From: Psammoneis japonica
Taxonomy: Eukaryota
Direction of reading: 5' to 3'
DNA length: 64,000 nucleotides
Assembly (NCBI GenBank): GCA_008632985.1
Contig: QPGO01000142.1
Span: 124,001 to 188,000, forward strand
Below are positions 37,009 through 49,070 of this stretch, one piece after another (position 1 is the stretch's first letter; every line of letters starts with the position of its first letter). The notes below the pieces were generated by a model that saw nothing but the letters and a program-made list of their open reading frames with translations, made no database searches and had not been told where the DNA came from. Both the position numbers and the translations under genes were made by a program.

Positions 37009-37677
37009 ATGCGTTTCTGGACCGGACAAACGCTCTTTGCATCATGCTTGTTATTGTTGCTGATGCTTGATTCGGCTCGCAGTAGCGAGGTTGTCGTGTT
37101 GACGGACGCCAACTTTGAGCACTTGACGCAAGCATCGACTGGTCAGACTACCGGCAAGTGGTTTGTCAAGTTCTTTGCACCCTGGTGCGGACATTGCAAA
37201 CGCATGAGTGAAACGTGGAAAGAACTGGCGGCCGACATGGAAGCGAACCATTCGGACGATGGTATTGTCATTGCCGAACTGGACGCCACGGAAAACCGAG
37301 AAACCAATGAACGATTCGGAGTCCGTGGTTTCCCCACGTTGCTCTTTTTTGCATCCGGCAAGGTGTACAAGTATCAGGGCGATCGGTCGTTGCAGCACAT
37401 GACAGACTTTTGTCTCGGGGAATACACAAAGGCAGAGGCTTCCGACATTGCTCCGCCGCCTAGTTGGATCGAAAAGCAGCGCAAAAAGTGGAAGAAATTT
37501 TACAACCAACAAAAGATATTGACTGATTTGTCAGCTGACTTTGAACACATTATGAGGTTGAGGAAGAACGCGGCGGCCGTTTTGATTGGCATGGGATTTG
37601 TGGCGGGTACTCTTGTGACTGTGATCATTAGCATTTTGTTTGGCCCAAAGTCGGCGAAGAAGACCAAAACGGACTAA
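37009..37677 (+). CDS. Thioredoxin/PDI-like ER membrane protein
   Basis: Signal peptide, FFAPWCGHCK, GFPTL, C-terminal transmembrane helix and Lys-rich ER-retrieval-like tail KKTKTD. Confidence 0.92.
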   Translation: MRFWTGQTLFASCLLLLLMLDSARSSEVVVLTDANFEHLTQASTGQTTGKWFVKFFAPWCGHCKRMSETWKELAADMEANHSDDGIVIAELDATENRETNERFGVRGFPTLLFFASGKVYKYQGDRSLQHMTDFCLGEYTKAEASDIAPPPSWIEKQRKKWKKFYNQQKILTDLSADFEHIMRLRKNAAAVLIGMGFVAGTLVTVIISILFGPKSAKKTKTD

Positions 37678-38153
37678 ATAGATGAAATAGCGAGAAGACA
37701 TGTCAATACCAACCTATAAATTGTTCTTTTTAGCGCAGGTTAGTAGAGAGTGTGCCTTGAGTATACAGCTTTCTCTCCAAATTTTACTGTATTCAGTGTG
37801 TCAAGCACACGAAAACAATAGCGGCGATGTAGAGCAACCCTAATTCTATGCATGACCCCTCCCAGAAAAGGATGAAAGGATTAGATTAGTCCGTAATGCA
37901 ATTCTGAAGCCGACCAAAAGCCCCAATCTCCACAACCCATCCAAAGTTTGAGCGGCATCTCCGGGTGCCTGCATACAGTTGAGATTCGGATCGTGACGTC
38001 ATCAGCGCGATCTTTCCGCGATCGATAAATTCTCTCGCTGCGATGATGACCCCAGACCGCGATGTAACGCGACCATGACACAGAAGTCTTCTGAATCTGT
38101 TCGGTTCCGACTTTTTGCACAGTGCTAAGGTCAACGACAATCGTTACAGCACC

Positions 38154-39734
38154 ATGGTTCCAAACCCGACGCATCGACTCATACCCTCAGGTTCCGATCC
38201 ATACGCGTATCCGTATTTTCATTCGAACGGAACAGCACCTCTTCTTTATGAATTAGTGGACCGGTTTGTTGCAGACGCTAAAGGCGAAAGACTTCGTCTA
38301 CTCAAGCGCATTCAATCTAGATGCATTGTGAAACCTACAGAAATTTCGTGGAGGGACAGTTGCGGCGAAACCGCTTTGCATCGTTTGTGCCAGAAAACGT
38401 CCAATTTGCAAGACGAAGATGCCGTGCACATGCTTTTGCACGTGGCTCGAGCCTTTGTTGTTGCATGCCCACAAGCCATTACGTTTCAAAACAATTGGAA
38501 AGAGACGCCCTTGCATCTCTTCGCGACTCATTGTTTCATGACGGTTGCCTGTTGTAATGACGGTCAGCAACAAGAACGCCTTCTCGGACACGTAGTGGAC
38601 CTTGTTCGGTTGCTTCTTAACGAACACGTTGCAGCTTGCCCAAACTACATGGGGTCGTTGCCGCTCCATACAGCGTGTGTGCTTGCGGAAGCTGTCAAAA
38701 AGAAAAATGGCCAAGTCGTGAACCATAATGATGACTGGGCCGTTGTGCTCCATACGGCAATCATAAGGCACCTTGTGAAACTGAATCCAGACGCGTTGTA
38801 CGTTGCCGATCGCTCGGGAATGACACCCCTGCATCACGCTGCTTTCTCCGAGACCTGCAGTCCTCAGGTAGTTCAGGTGTTGCTGGACCAGATATTGTCA
38901 CAAAATACAAACGATCGGCAAATGAATATAGAATCAAGAACAGAGTTATGCAAAGGTGCTTTGGCGAGACTTAGGAGGCTCTATTTTGAATCTGGCGGCC
39001 CCGGGAAAACTCCTATCGATTACATTGAACGCGCTTTGAGAAGCAGCCTGGAAGGTATTCCAAAGGAAAGGATGCAACGGTGCATACGCAACTTTGATGC
39101 TTTGTGGACGAAAACTGTTCTCTTGATCCAAACCGGTGGCACGCTGATGCTATCTACCAAACCTGCCCAACAAGAACCGAAACTTGTTCATTCTAGCATG
39201 ATGCTGAGCGCTTCACTTGCAGTCGTTTTGGCGACAGTTTCACTGAATCAGCCTGAGTTGCTTCAAGCAGACGGAATTACCAACAAGACACCCTTGATCA
39301 TGGCACTGTTGAACACACCCGTGGTTGACTCTGAAGCCATCCGACGTGACCTCGAATATGATCACTTGAAGAGGCCATTTTATGCTTGTTATTGCAACGG
39401 GGATTGGATCCAAAGACCCCACATGGTTGATTCGATTTCTCAACGCATTTTGTTGAGTCATTTGATTGCTACCGAGCCTCGAGCTGCTCGCGTGGTGGAT
39501 GGCAACGGTCGATTGCCTTTGCATTACGCCGCCGAAAATGGTGTCGGTTGGCAGAATGGCTTGGAAATACTGTTTGAAGCAGAGCCACGCGCTGTTGCTG
39601 CTCGAGATCCGGTGACACACCTATACCCGTTTTGTTTGGCGGCAACCGCAAGCAGAAACGAACCGGACGCTTCTCAAGTGTCCGACATTTTTGAGTTACT
39701 CCGAGCTGATCCTTGTGTGTTGAACTTTTCGTGA
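38154..39734 (+). CDS. Ankyrin-repeat protein
   Basis: GETALHRLC, ETPLHLFA, GSLPLHTAC, GMTPLHHAA, GRLPLHYAA, and C-terminal DPVTHLYPFCLAA...IFELLRADP. Confidence 0.88.
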   Translation: MVPNPTHRLIPSGSDPYAYPYFHSNGTAPLLYELVDRFVADAKGERLRLLKRIQSRCIVKPTEISWRDSCGETALHRLCQKTSNLQDEDAVHMLLHVARAFVVACPQAITFQNNWKETPLHLFATHCFMTVACCNDGQQQERLLGHVVDLVRLLLNEHVAACPNYMGSLPLHTACVLAEAVKKKNGQVVNHNDDWAVVLHTAIIRHLVKLNPDALYVADRSGMTPLHHAAFSETCSPQVVQVLLDQILSQNTNDRQMNIESRTELCKGALARLRRLYFESGGPGKTPIDYIERALRSSLEGIPKERMQRCIRNFDALWTKTVLLIQTGGTLMLSTKPAQQEPKLVHSSMMLSASLAVVLATVSLNQPELLQADGITNKTPLIMALLNTPVVDSEAIRRDLEYDHLKRPFYACYCNGDWIQRPHMVDSISQRILLSHLIATEPRAARVVDGNGRLPLHYAAENGVGWQNGLEILFEAEPRAVAARDPVTHLYPFCLAATASRNEPDASQVSDIFELLRADPCVLNFS

Positions 39735-39769
39735 GCTGGAAACGTGTCCATATGGGTTACGACATTGCC

Positions 39770-40859
39770 TCAAGCTCTACAACAACAGGTGCCCAACAAA
39801 TGGCCTAGTCGTCTTCTGCGGTCTTGCCGAGGTACAAGACAGTCGAAAGGAAGCCACCTCAACCAGTCCAATTCCTTCTTTATCGCTGCGACAGTCGTTT
39901 CCATACAGATCAACTAACTCCATTGTGCATGAAGGAATGTGAAGAGCCATACGGTTTTATTATCGTGGATGTTAACGGGGCGCTCCTTGGTGGTCAAGAA
40001 GAAGAGTTTGGCACAGGTTTTCAGTCGATCTTCCCAACAAGACTCGTCGCGGAGGACTATCGGCTTTCGTTTTGATCGCATCCTAGTAGAAAAGCGAAAC
40101 GTGATGCGCAAGGTCGCCGAGTTAGCCATGATATGAATTCTTTTCTTTCCCACGGTGACCATCCCAATGTGGCCGGTCTTGTCCTTGCTGGAAAAGCAGA
40201 CTGTAAAGACGACCTTGTCCAGAGTAGCCACTTTGAGCGTCTCGTCTCCGCGCACATGTTGTGGCTTGTTTGGAAGTGTCGTTTGGAGGAGAATGTTGAT
40301 TTGCCCAGGCAATTGACAAAAGTGCTGAAACGATCGGATGCGTCACGCTGGCTCGCGAAAAGCGTCTGTTGGAGAACTGTTTTGAACACGTCGAGCGCGA
40401 TACAGGAAAGCATTGTTACTCCATAGAGGAAACCTTGCATGCTTTAGAAATGGGAGCCGTGAAAGATTTGATTGTATGGGACGGTCTCGATGTTACCCGC
40501 TGCGAGATGCAAAGCAAAGAAAAAGGGGAGAAAGTGGTTTCCTCTATCTTCGAGGAGCAGGAGGAAGCAATGAGCGTCGCTTCGTTTGCAGTTACCAAGA
40601 CAGAACCACTCCTGGATTGGATTGTCGACCATTACAGCAATTTTGGCTGCAACTTTTGTCAGACAGAAGCGGAGTTGGAAAACAGTTTGCCGCAGGATTT
40701 GGCGGAATTGGTGGCATAGTGAGGTGGCGAGTAGATTTTGAGTCATTGAACACTGGTAGCAATAAGGAGGAATTCATACCTAAACGAGAGACCGCATTTG
40801 ATATGGAGGAGAAGGGCAAGGATGACTACGATTTTGAGGACGGAGATTTCGCGTTTTAA
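39770..40859 (+). pseudogene. eRF1 pseudogene copy A (5' deleted, frameshifted, GGQ changed to GGL)
   Basis: LYRCDSRFH, YGFIIVD, ALEMGAV, GFGGIGGIVRW. Several indels relative to copy B. ggaggactatcg at 40051-40062. Confidence 0.9.
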
Positions 40860-40974
40860 ATGAATAAATAACATTCCTGAACTAGAGTACTAAAGACGAC
40901 AGATGAAACTGCAGTCTAGTGCATCTGCCACAACAAATTGAATGAAGGTTTTTTGCTAGAGTACTGATTAGAAA

Positions 40975-42501
40975 TTACATGTTTCTAGCTTTGTGGGGGC
41001 ATGAGGGATCGGACAAACTTGAGGGATTAATCACAGAGGTTATTTTTCCGGCAGCTTCTCGTACATTTCGCATGGCCATGGACGCTTTGCCTTCTCCGTT
41101 AAATTGAACCACATTGCGTGCTTGTAGAACAAGGCTCATATCCAAAAAGAAGCACGTGGGTCCCACACACCTATTAAAGGCACCGCAGTTGGCACTGTAT
41201 TGCACGGGAATGTGCCAGGAGATCTTGGACGCAACGAGTTCTTTCAAACGGTCAAGAGAAGGAATGGCATCGGGAGGATTCTTGAATGTCTTTGACCCCG
41301 TCTCGCCCAAATCATGCACAATGACAATGGCGGTAGTATCATTTGTCCCTTGTCGTTTTTGTAACAACTCTTCCATCGATCGGTCGATACAAGCTTCCGA
41401 CAAGGCAAGGGACGCATTCCGGTTCGTGGTGAGAAGGGTGGGTGGCGAGGCATTCTCTAACATAATGTAAAACTTTTCGAGTCGATAGTGCAGCACATCA
41501 AATTCGTGTACGCCCCATTCCCTCAAGCACGCCATCGATTCAACCAAAAATTGCGGGGACGGGACCACGCCGGTGGTGGTGCTGGTGATAAAAGAAGAGT
41601 AATACTTGTCCAAGGCAGCCTTTCCCTCTTCCCACGCAGCCTGCTGGGCCACTGCCGTGCCCGAATGTTCCCAGTGCAATGTCGCACGCGATTCTCGTAA
41701 CCCACGAAACCCCGCAAGCACCAAACAATTTTCATCTCCACCATTGACTCCTATAAAAAACGTAATGTTGAGTTGAAAGGAATGAATGCAATCCACTGTA
41801 TGGGCATTCCACATGGATTGGACCTTTCGTATTTGTTTTTGTTCTGTGTCTGGAAGAATGTCGCAAGAAATTGTGCTGTCGCCGCGCATTTGGGACAAAT
41901 GTTCCCGATCATGCACCACAAAGGCAATTCGAGTACGTCCACGACAGGACGCAAGTGCTGAATCAAACGATGCCCATCCTCCCGGAACAGGCAAGCTCAA
42001 GAGGAGAACATGATCGGCAGGCTCCAAGGCATGCCTGTGTGACACATGTCCCACAAAGGAAGCCGAACCGCCGCTGAAAAAGGGCATGACGGGTGTCCTA
42101 GACGACAAGGCTGCAATGTAGGCAAAATCACGTACGGTGTATTTCGCGGCATTAAATTGCTCCCAACTATCGTCGAGAAACATGTGTCGGTAGTTGACTG
42201 AACCATCGGTGGCAGCAAATGTAGAAGAACGTGCAAAAGGTTTTGTTACGTTGTCCTTGGCGAAACTATCGGTGGTGCCAGCAGATGCCTTGATGGCCAA
42301 AGAAGGATTCGTCTGCTGCTGTGAAACAAACCAGGCAGTCATGGCCACTACCAGCACCGTCCAGAGGACCAAGCAGCAAAACAAAATGAGCCAGCAATTC
42401 TTATTCCATGATGAAATTTCCGCTTTTTTTGCAGGTTTGTTTTTGCTCAGATCGTTCTTCTCCAACAATTCCACCACTTCTTCCATGTTCAATTCTTTCA
42501 T
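40975..42501 (-). CDS. Type II membrane protein, O-fucosyltransferase-like glycosyltransferase (tentative)
   Basis: Single N-terminal transmembrane helix. FDVLHYRLE resembles the LHLRxE motif and FLDMSLVLQARNVV..S resembles the C-terminal D...S motif of GDP-fucose transferases. Confidence 0.5.
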   Translation of the reverse strand: MKELNMEEVVELLEKNDLSKNKPAKKAEISSWNKNCWLILFCCLVLWTVLVVAMTAWFVSQQQTNPSLAIKASAGTTDSFAKDNVTKPFARSSTFAATDGSVNYRHMFLDDSWEQFNAAKYTVRDFAYIAALSSRTPVMPFFSGGSASFVGHVSHRHALEPADHVLLLSLPVPGGWASFDSALASCRGRTRIAFVVHDREHLSQMRGDSTISCDILPDTEQKQIRKVQSMWNAHTVDCIHSFQLNITFFIGVNGGDENCLVLAGFRGLRESRATLHWEHSGTAVAQQAAWEEGKAALDKYYSSFITSTTTGVVPSPQFLVESMACLREWGVHEFDVLHYRLEKFYIMLENASPPTLLTTNRNASLALSEACIDRSMEELLQKRQGTNDTTAIVIVHDLGETGSKTFKNPPDAIPSLDRLKELVASKISWHIPVQYSANCGAFNRCVGPTCFFLDMSLVLQARNVVQFNGEGKASMAMRNVREAAGKITSVINPSSLSDPSCPHKARNM

Positions 42502-42702
42502 CTTTCATGTTCCATATGATAAATTCAACGTGCTCGTCGAGACCAGGTTTTGCGCCGAAGCAGAGTATAAAATTCCAAAATATGCTTCGAACTTTGAATA
42601 CCGGTACATTATCCCGGGAATACAACCCATGTTGTATTCCGTAGTATTTCTCCGTTGAATTCTACACATTGTACTGACCGTTACCCCACTTCAGCGACCG
42701 TA

Positions 42703-43021
42703 CTACGAATTGCTGAACAATTGCGCGATACACGTGCCCGAACGGTGATTGTTGCTTCGGGCACGAAATTCGAGCTTCGCGCACGTAGAGACCGTAGAAT
42801 ATGTACCAGCATTCGAGAATGTCCGATTTGTGTAGATCACGTAGCACCGTACCACAGAGGTCATTTCCTGAAATTCCCGCGACGACTCATACGACTCCAA
42901 TGGTATTTTCAATACCATATACTATGTAGAATGGACATCTGCGCGAACGATGATTGTTGCTTCGGGCAACGATATTCGAGCTTCGGGCACGTGTATCGCG
43001 CAATTGTTCAGCAATTCGTAG
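42703..43021. mobile_element. Intact MITE (319 bp), 40-bp perfect TIRs, TA target-site duplication (Tc1/mariner-type)
   Basis: ta|ctacgaattgctgaacaattgcgcgatacacgtgcccgaa ... ttcgggcacgtgtatcgcgcaattgttcagcaattcgtag|ta, plus an internal ~48-bp direct repeat. Confidence 0.92.
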
Positions 43022-44399
43022 TATCTTCCGTGTTCTTGTGGAGGAAGCACGGGAATTTTTCCCGTATCGAAACAACCGGGTTGTTGCATGGTACGTCGCG
43101 TTTTTGATAGATTTATGCAACAATACAACCGAGACCATGCCGTCTAAAAAGTATTACAAGCCAACCTTGATAGCACTCACGTTATTTCTTGGCGGGGTGA
43201 CTTGTCAATGTGAACAAGACTTCACCAACCAGAGGCCATTCAAACAACCCCCAACGATGTCGTGGTGGATGGGTCTAAAGGCGCATGGAACGCCCGAACC
43301 AGGCGACAACAGCTTGCCCATGCAAGCAAGGTCAAATTGGTTGGAACACTGGAGGAAGCCGATTTCCAGCTACATGTCAAACCGGTTGGTGCCGTGGAAT
43401 GTTCTGTCAAATCAAGGCAACCCGACACGATCAACTGACGCAAAAAACCCCGTGCCATGTTTGACATTCATGTTTGATGTTCTTGTTACATGCAGTGCGT
43501 GTCCAGGGCTTCATTCTTCCTTGTTCAATCCACAACATCGCTGGAGCGCCCCTTCCAATTGAAGCATCATTTCTGTGCGCACGGCATCCAACAAATCCAT
43601 CTGCACAGAATGGAGTTTTGCACAACAAAACCAAGCCTCTTGGATTCCTTGTACAATTTCCATTGATGATGAAACAAGAATCGCGAAAATCGGCCCAAGG
43701 GATGTTGAGATATCACCGCCGCCAACTCTTCACCATAAATTCCAGTGGCAGCTCAATTTTGATCATTCAACGACAAGTTCTGAAGAGAAAGTCAGCACCA
43801 TAAAAACCCAAGCCCCGTGGACACCTCACAGCACACACGTCAAAACAATGACAAGAAGTGAGAAACAACACCAAAGATGCAACAGCACATCACAAAAATC
43901 CGTCATGTTGATGCTGCATTCTCACAATTTCTGCACTGCACCTTCAGCGACAAATCCGCCTCGACGGATTGAACTCAACGCCAGCACCACTGGCCCATCA
44001 CATTGCTCGCATAAAAGCTCCGAATGCTGCGAAAAGAAACGGGAAAATACGGCAAAAACAGACATAGATGTCAGCGACGCAAGGGAGGCCATTGTCGCGA
44101 TCGTTTTCTTTTTTGGTTGTCTTCGCAGCTGCGCGTCTTGGAGGGTGCTGCAGGTTGATGTAGCGGAAGTCGGTGTCTGTGCTTTCCTGGTGACCCTGTA
44201 GAAGAAGTGCCAGACCCTACGCAGTTGCACCCAGGGTTGTATTCTTTCCGTCTACCTCCACAGCACTGCAAACTGAGGGGGAAAATAGGGGGGGTGCCGA
44301 CGGAAGAAGAGGGGGGGAGAGGGGGAGCGAAGCGACCCCGTTGCTGCTGCAACGAGTCAAGGAAAAATTCAAGTCAGAAGTGTAAAAAACATGCCAGAG

Positions 44400-44575
44400 C
44401 CTGCGCCACCAGTGGCGTAGAATGGTTCAGGGTGCACACAAATTTTGTGCCACAGTGGCGTGCGTGATTTTGACATGAGATTCTACATGCGCCTGGTGGC
44501 GTAGACCCAGTGCAAAAGCAACAAATTTTTGAAGTTTTGTGGCATACAAAGTCAGCATGTTGTGGCGTAGATTCG
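44400..44575. repeat. Cluster of GTGGCGTAG motifs (probable transposon subterminal repeats)
   Basis: gtggcgtag at ~44412, 44496 and 44562; variants gtggcgtgc (~44455) and gtggcatac (~44539); inverted ctgcgccac at 44401. Confidence 0.5.
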
Positions 44576-46050
44576 ACATCAACAAGACTTCGCGCAACAC
44601 TCGCAACATTCAAGACAACAGACAACCGCTCGCAAAATCTCGCTCCCACTTTACACGTTGCAGCTGATGTGGTGTTGTTCATTCGTCCCACTCGTTTTCA
44701 TCGTGGAACCTCCTGATGACACAGGGTGTCTTTCAGGCATGTGCATCGGTCTGATTGCCCCCCCCCTCTTTGGGCAAGAATGGGGTGTGTGGTTTGCTTC
44801 TTGAAGACACCAGACCAGCCACAAGGAGCTTGCAGTGGAGAGCTGGCAAGCAAAGCACTGGGCTGCGCCACAAGGCACTGGCTGATGGGACAGCATTGGG
44901 CAAGCACAACTGCAAGCATTTTCCTGAGGGCACTTTGCACCACATGTGACAAAGCCAGAAACATGGACTGTGAGAAACACATGCAGAGCCAGGTTTTGCT
45001 CAGCTGGCCACCCAGAATTCAAGCAGGGGTGCAGCCGGAATGAAGAAGGCTGCAGGTCAATTTGAGGTCCCAGTGGGAACTTGCTTTGCATGTTTGTTAA
45101 CAGCCTGCTGCAGAAGCCGTGGCTGCACTGGAAACCCAAAGGTGGCGGTGCGTGATGGGGTGGATCTTGCAAATTCTCTCAAGATTTTGTGGTGCACGGG
45201 GCCAAAATTTGGGTGCAGCATCCACAGATGCTTTGGGAGAGATGCTGTGAATTCGTCAAGGCAGGCACTTCTGACAGCATGGGTGGGGAAGGCCAGTGCT
45301 TGTTGCCAGGGATCTTTGTGAAGATCTTTTAAAGAGGATGACACTGCGTTTTCTCACTTGGAAACTTCAGAGAATTGTTTGGGCACAGTGCTGGGGCCAA
45401 ACCCGCCAAAGTGTGCACTGAATTTTGGAGAACAAAGAAGACACAGATCCGCGGCAGTGGCCACCAAGCTGGCAGGGCAAGGCTTGGAAAACAAGCTGCC
45501 CAAAAAGCCATGATGGGCTGGCAGCAAAGCACTCCTCACAAAAGATGCTGCTGTCAAGCTGTGCCACAGACTGGCACAACTCCACAGTTCTCCAGCACGC
45601 TGTGGGAGCTTTGCTGCCAAGCATGTAAAACCGCAGCACCTCAAGTCACAGACAAGCTGCTTTGCAGGCAGAAGCCCAGCCAAGGGCCGCAAGTTGACAG
45701 CCCCACAGCGTCTTCTCTTTTTCTCCTTTTTCCTTCTTTTCCTCTCTCTCTTCTCCTTTTCTCCTTTTCAGTTTGTTCTTCTGGGCTGCCTCCGGCGGCC
45801 ACCTCTTTCATTCTTCCTACATGCCAAAATCTCCAACAAGAGAGAAGGAAGGAAGAGAGGAGAAGAATGCAGCAATGGCGGAAGTGAGTGCAAGATGCGA
45901 GACGTTGTTGCGTTTTCGTGGCGTCGAAGACAGAGGACATCAGCCCATCGCGCATAAAAAGATACGAAGGTTGATTTTATTTAGGCGGCATCGCCCCCCA
46001 TTTCCCATCTTCCATCTTGTCCTTGATTCGAGATGCAACATGGGACAGAA

Positions 46051-49000
46051 TCACAGTTGCAATGATGTGTCTACATTTGCAGGCTGCTTTGATGAGCAAT
46101 GATGTGGTGCTCTTCCTCGAGCAGCCACCCCCAACAAGTTTGTTTTTGAAAGGTGAAAATCTCGTGCTCGGAAACAACAGAATTTTTGAGTCAGACCCGA
46201 CTGCAGATTCGGCGGCATCTGCAACGGTGGCAAAAATGTTGGCAAACTGGTCCAAAGAGGAATCGGCACGCAACATGGAAGGGGTCATGGCACAATCGGC
46301 ACTGGTGTTGGCTTTCGTGGCAAGACCACCTCCTCTTGCAAATTGGAAGGTTTCATTTTTTTGGCGCGCGGTTCCTCAGACGGCGGCGGCTGCAGTGACT
46401 TGGATTTTTTTTGAATGGGTTCTCCATGATCGGCATCGGGTTGGAACGAGTCGAGTGTGGATTTTTTGTGCCACACTTGTTGCACATGCATCTGTCCGAA
46501 TCTTTTTTGGAGGATGCTGCTGTCGCGCCGGCGGGTGCCTTCCTCGACTCAAGCTCCTCTCTCAAACGTTCAAGTTGCTTTGGGCAAGCTGAAAAATGTT
46601 GCTCTCCATTGTCCTGTGCTAGCTCTCTAACGTTCTCATGCACAGGATGTTGAACTCCAGCTTTTTGGGCCAGCTTGTTGTTGCAGTCGAGGCGGCTGTG
46701 ATTCAGAAAGGTGGGGACGCCTCGAAAGGCGTGCGGAATCTTGGCGCGCTCGTCAGCCGTCATGTCATCAACTGGGAGACGCTGTCTTGTTCCTGTGTTG
46801 TGCTCGCATGTTCCAGCAAGACAGAGAGCATCAATGAGGGTGCTTCTGGAACCGGTGTTCCCAAAATGCTTGACGACGTGATGGCATTTTTCTGGCTTCG
46901 ACTCGGTGCCTGTGGTGGTGACGCACGTGTCTAGCTTGCACTTCGACCATTTTGAAGGGTGCACAACACGGTGCAAGTCTTGACGCGCAAGTGGCTCGTC
47001 AAGTCCACGAGCTGACGCTGTTGCATTTTGCACTGCCAACTCAGTGTCTTCCATGAAAAGGGGCTTGCCAGAATCAGGGTCATGTCGTCCGCCGGCTTCA
47101 GCTGCTCCAGGAGACGCCGTGCACTTGTGGCGATTGAACCACGCCTCAAGATTTTTGTTTCGAGTTTCTAGAGGGTAAGTCCACCTTCGTGTGCACTTGT
47201 TGTAGTTCTTCCATTTCTTGCTGTTCTTGACATCTTCAATTTCTTCCCTTGCATTCTTCTTCCCACCGAGTCTCCCAAAGACAAGTGCATCGACCACACG
47301 CGACTCGTCAGATTCGTCGTTGCATCGTGCACAGTCCTTCAAATCACGGACTGCACGACAACAATCAACATGAGTGGCCCGCAGTGTGTGAACAATTTGG
47401 TTGGTCCAGCGCCAAAGGCCAAGCCGACGTGCAACATCCTGACCAAAAATTTGTTTCCAAAATTCTTCTTTGTTTGGCCAGGTGTCCGAGTGGTGAACGC
47501 GAGGCTTCACGTTTGGACGTCGAGCAAATTGCTCCGCGGCATGTGCGTGATCTTTTGTTTCAAGTGTTGGCACAACTGCCGCCACTCCAATCTCCCCCGT
47601 CTCACTTGCCATGGTGAACAGTCCCTTGCCATCCGCTTCTCTGTAATTTTTCAGTTGATCAAAAGTGTGGTCTGATGCGACACTTACACGACAACCAACG
47701 GACTGGATTTCTCTGGTGTGCCGCATGTTGTCGCTGATGCCAGTCTCGGTAAGATCTGACTTGCGCACAGCATCGTGCACGTCGCGCACATTTTGTCCTG
47801 TTGGCCCATGTCGACCCATCCAGTCCTCAAATGCTGATGATGGGCTTGTTGCGTCGCTGCCAGCATCAACCGACTGCAAAAAATGCCGCTCTTCCCTGTC
47901 AAGAAAATTGCGTCCTCGTTGTTGATGCAAGAAGGCGGGTGTGTCGTCACCATTGCTGCACTTCTGCATGGAGTGGTCGATGCATCGTGTCGTTGGTGAG
48001 GTTAGATGAAACGATGGATTGGCGTCAGCATGACGTAGATCCACGGGATGACAAAGTTGCAGATGTCTTGGAAGCTTTTTAAGCAGCTTGGCGTCATTGC
48101 CTCTGCACTTGCAACCGCATTTATTGCATTTGTAGCACACAGACGTTCCCCAATCAGCAGTGCCACTTACATCAAAGATTGGAGTCGGCGAATGCTCCCT
48201 CTTGATGTCAAACTGTTGATGGATCATCTCACCATCTTCGCACCCATCAACACAAGGCAAGCAGACACCAAGCACAACAAGTTCCCAATGGAGAATGTGG
48301 ACAGTCACTCCTTCAATCTCGGCATGCATGGCATCAGGAGCCATGGATGCATCATCCCGAGGCACGGCAAATGACATGGTGCCGGCAGGAAAGTTCTTCT
48401 GGTGCCATTTCAATTTCTTGGCATTCACGTCTCCACCCATGATCTCATTCGAGTTGGCATGAAACCGAGATGGACACAAGTCCAGAAGACACACAATCAA
48501 AGCCTGAATGGGCGCGGGACAAGGAATCTTCTTTTTTTTGCACGTCTCAATTCGTTTCCGGATCTCTCTCTTTAGCACCGGTGGAGAAAGAAGATCTTCT
48601 TCAATGTCATTGTTAGAATGCTCCGTGCCATTTGACGTGACAGTGCTGATGGCAGCAGCAGCAGCAGCATTCGCACTCAACGTGACAGTGCCAGCAGCAG
48701 CAGCATTCGACGAGACGGCGGTTGCAGACGGCTCAGTGTTTTTTGAAGCCCTGGTGCGAGAGCAAAAGAGTGTCTCCATGCCTTCCTCAGTTGGAGCCTG
48801 ACAACCCGGTGGCTTTTTTGCGTTCTTTCTTGCGCCACCAGTGATGAAGCGATGGACAGCCGCGTTTCGCTCGGTGCTCATGTTCTTTCCACAGTGGATG
48901 GATTTTGGGCAGGTCGTGTCATGACCCTTTTTGTAGGACGGCCCTTGTTTGCACCTTTTGCACTCAACAAGCTTCTCTTGAGCAGTGTGACTGTTTGGCA

Positions 49001-49070
49001 GAGTCAGAATTTGCGATTCTGCCTCTGCCGCCGGTGATGTTGCAAACCGAGGCGCATTTTTCCCCGACAA
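46051..49070 (-). mobile_element. Zisupton-like (KDZ group) transposase, heavily missense-mutated; C-terminal FCC..RGR..H..C motif in a shifted frame
   Basis: YKCNKCG..DAKLLKKLPRHL (DUF6729-like), SDHTF, ETGEI, SDTWP, DPDSGKPLF and GTESKPEKCHH..F occur in Zisupton order. Only 5 Tyr in 905 aa. Termini not found. Confidence 0.7.

Noticed and set aside
43138..43562. Secreted-protein-like ORF starting MPSKKYYKPTLIALTLFLGG
   Set aside because: Runs straight into TA-depleted sequence with no recognisable domain; possibly a relic, but not supportable.
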